A stretch of DNA of 64,000 nt from Candidatus Saccharimonadales bacterium (lineage in GTDB: Bacteria; Patescibacteriota; Saccharimonadia; Saccharimonadales; EFPC-124): positions 220,805-284,804 of the forward strand of contig JBOHNX010000002.1 in the NCBI GenBank assembly GCA_050730875.1, given 5' to 3'. Both the position numbers and the translations under genes were made by a program. Below are positions 62,960 to 64,000 of the stretch, piece after piece. Within the stretch, counting starts at the first letter, position 1. Every line of letters begins with the position of its first letter. Below the pieces are notes generated by a model. The model did not search any database and had not been told where the DNA came from. It worked only from the letters and a program-made list of their open reading frames with translations.

Positions 62960-64000
62960 GGACGGGGTCTAGTTTACTGTACACTTCCTGCAGTTTGTCA
63001 TCCGCTTTAGACGGCCCAGCAATATCCACGCTGGCTTGGTAGTACAGTGTGTCGTGTTTGCTCAATATTGCTTGAGCCATAACGGTGTCGATAAAGCTGC
63101 CGTTAAAACTTACCATACCAATGCGACCGCCATAATAACCGCGGTTGTGTGGTTCGTTTTGGTCGATTAGTTGTATGGCACGGTACTTTGGCGTGCCCGT
63201 AACGGCATTGGCCGGAAAATCATCGGCGATGTCGTCGAGAGAGGTGGTCTGCGTTTCAGCGGCTGTGCCAATAAGGCGAAAATCATCGTAGTCAAAATAG
63301 TATTGATACGGAGACGGGTTGTTGGTTGCCAGTCGCATGTACACGGCAAAATCATCCCCTGTAAAATCTTGCGCAAAGCTTCGTGAGAGTGCTAACTGCG
63401 ACACCTCACCAAGCTTTAGACGATCGCTAAGTTTATTCGCGGCGGTCAAGAAGTGCTCATCACTAACCGATGTTCGTTCGTCTCCCATAGGCTTCAGCTC
63501 GCCCACGCCAGGCGTGGGGCGGCGTAGCGCTTGCTGGAGCTGGTCGAGCCTGGATGACTCGTCGTGCGAGGTATATTCGATTAAAAAGAGTTCTTTTGTA
63601 TACGGTCGCACCGCCACGACGTAACGATACAGCCAATATTGCATGTCGGGAATGGCGCGAGCGTTGGAAGCGTATGTTTTTATGTGGATATTCTTAAAAT
63701 ATCGGGTCGCGTCGTAAGCAGTATAGCCGAACAAACCATCGGCAAAAGGGAGCGATTCGCCGGCAATCTCGAACGAATGGACGAATGAAGCCAGCTCATC
63801 GGAGAGTTGCACCCCTCCGCTTAGCGCCTTACCATCCTCGCATTCAGGATGACAAATCTCCACCACATCATGCTGCGTCGTAATGCCCATGATTGGCTCG
63901 GCGGCAATGTACGAAATCGACCCCGATGTGTTATTGGAGCCCGTTTCGAACAGCGCACATTTTGTAAAAATCGTAGCAAGTTTTCTATAGATTTGTGCCG
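62916..64000 (-). CDS. Chorismate-binding-enzyme family protein (TrpE/PabB/MenF-like), 5' end beyond the window
   Basis: The frame stays open to nt 64000 (upstream of the first Met: ...IYRKLATIFTKCALFETGSNNTSGSISYIAAEPI). FPANAVTGTPKYRAIQLIDQNEPHNRGYYGGRIGMVSFNGSFIDT aligns with PabB [33 protein letters not shown].GNMDT. The distal motifs are divergent. Confidence 0.6.
   Translation of the reverse strand, partial: AQIYRKLATIFTKCALFETGSNNTSGSISYIAAEPIMGITTQHDVVEICHPECEDGKALSGGVQLSDELASFVHSFEIAGESLPFADGLFGYTAYDATRYFKNIHIKTYASNARAIPDMQYWLYRYVVAVRPYTKELFLIEYTSHDESSRLDQLQQALRRPTPGVGELKPMGDERTSVSDEHFLTAANKLSDRLKLGEVSQLALSRSFAQDFTGDDFAVYMRLATNNPSPYQYYFDYDDFRLIGTAAETQTTSLDDIADDFPANAVTGTPKYRAIQLIDQNEPHNRGYYGGRIGMVSFNGSFIDTVMAQAILSKHDTLYYQASVDIAGPSKADDKLQEVYSKLDPVLSAIQRAAPYQARL

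Noticed and set aside
1-64000. CRISPR arrays, IS elements or transposases, prophage genes, rRNA, alternative genetic code
   Set aside because: No regularly spaced repeats, transposase or integrase motifs, or rRNA-like sequence were recognised by eye. All conserved genes translate intact with the standard code, so UGA recoding is not indicated.

Overview
This is a gene-dense bacterial chromosomal window, roughly 90% coding. Spot counts of a few 60-nt lines give about 50% GC. The standard genetic code gives intact ORFs. No rRNA, CRISPR array, transposase or integrase was recognised. The backbone is housekeeping. It includes valS, tsaD, murE, a FemAB-family transferase, PMM/PGM, CIRCE-groES-groEL, PGI/PMI, two MacB/FtsX-type ABC pairs and tRNA-Ser(GGA). 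It also includes a ThyX-like protein, pyrG, argS, msrB, orn, dnaG, rpoD plus a second sigma-70 paralog, polA, prs, dut and Nudix/HAD/GNAT enzymes. By inference only, this content fits a reduced-genome monoderm of the CPR/Patescibacteria (Saccharibacteria-like) type: MurE without the N-terminal domain, FemX, many orphan proteins, several leaderless-type promoters and tight or overlapping genes. The strongest candidate for an undescribed system is the surface-structure island at about 55.5-62.0 kb. It holds a decayed collagen-like/pentapeptide-repeat gene, a 648-aa fibre-like secreted protein with three internal repeats, and a PKD-domain membrane-anchored protein. Next to these is a translationally coupled three-gene operon: two paralogous secreted beta-rich subunits plus a DUF916/CscA-like membrane-anchored protein. 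The architecture resembles Firmicutes WxL/Csc cell-surface clusters, but no WxL motif, sortase or usher is visible. Other notable loci: (1) a tandem MurE, pseudo-MurE, truncated pseudo-MurE array convergent with FemX; (2) a CYTH-uridine-kinase-like fusion operon with an orphan partner, divergent from a wHTH-Nudix/ASCH/M15 operon, with a perfect 14-bp palindrome in the shared promoter; (3) a DnaG whose four zinc ligands are all substituted; (4) a phytoene/squalene-synthase-like protein lacking both Asp-rich motifs, sitting between the two sigma genes; (5) an AT-rich Fic locus with repeated upstream motifs; (6) an HGDEF-type GGDEF protein with an intact I-site. All family calls come from motif recognition by eye. 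No database search was run.
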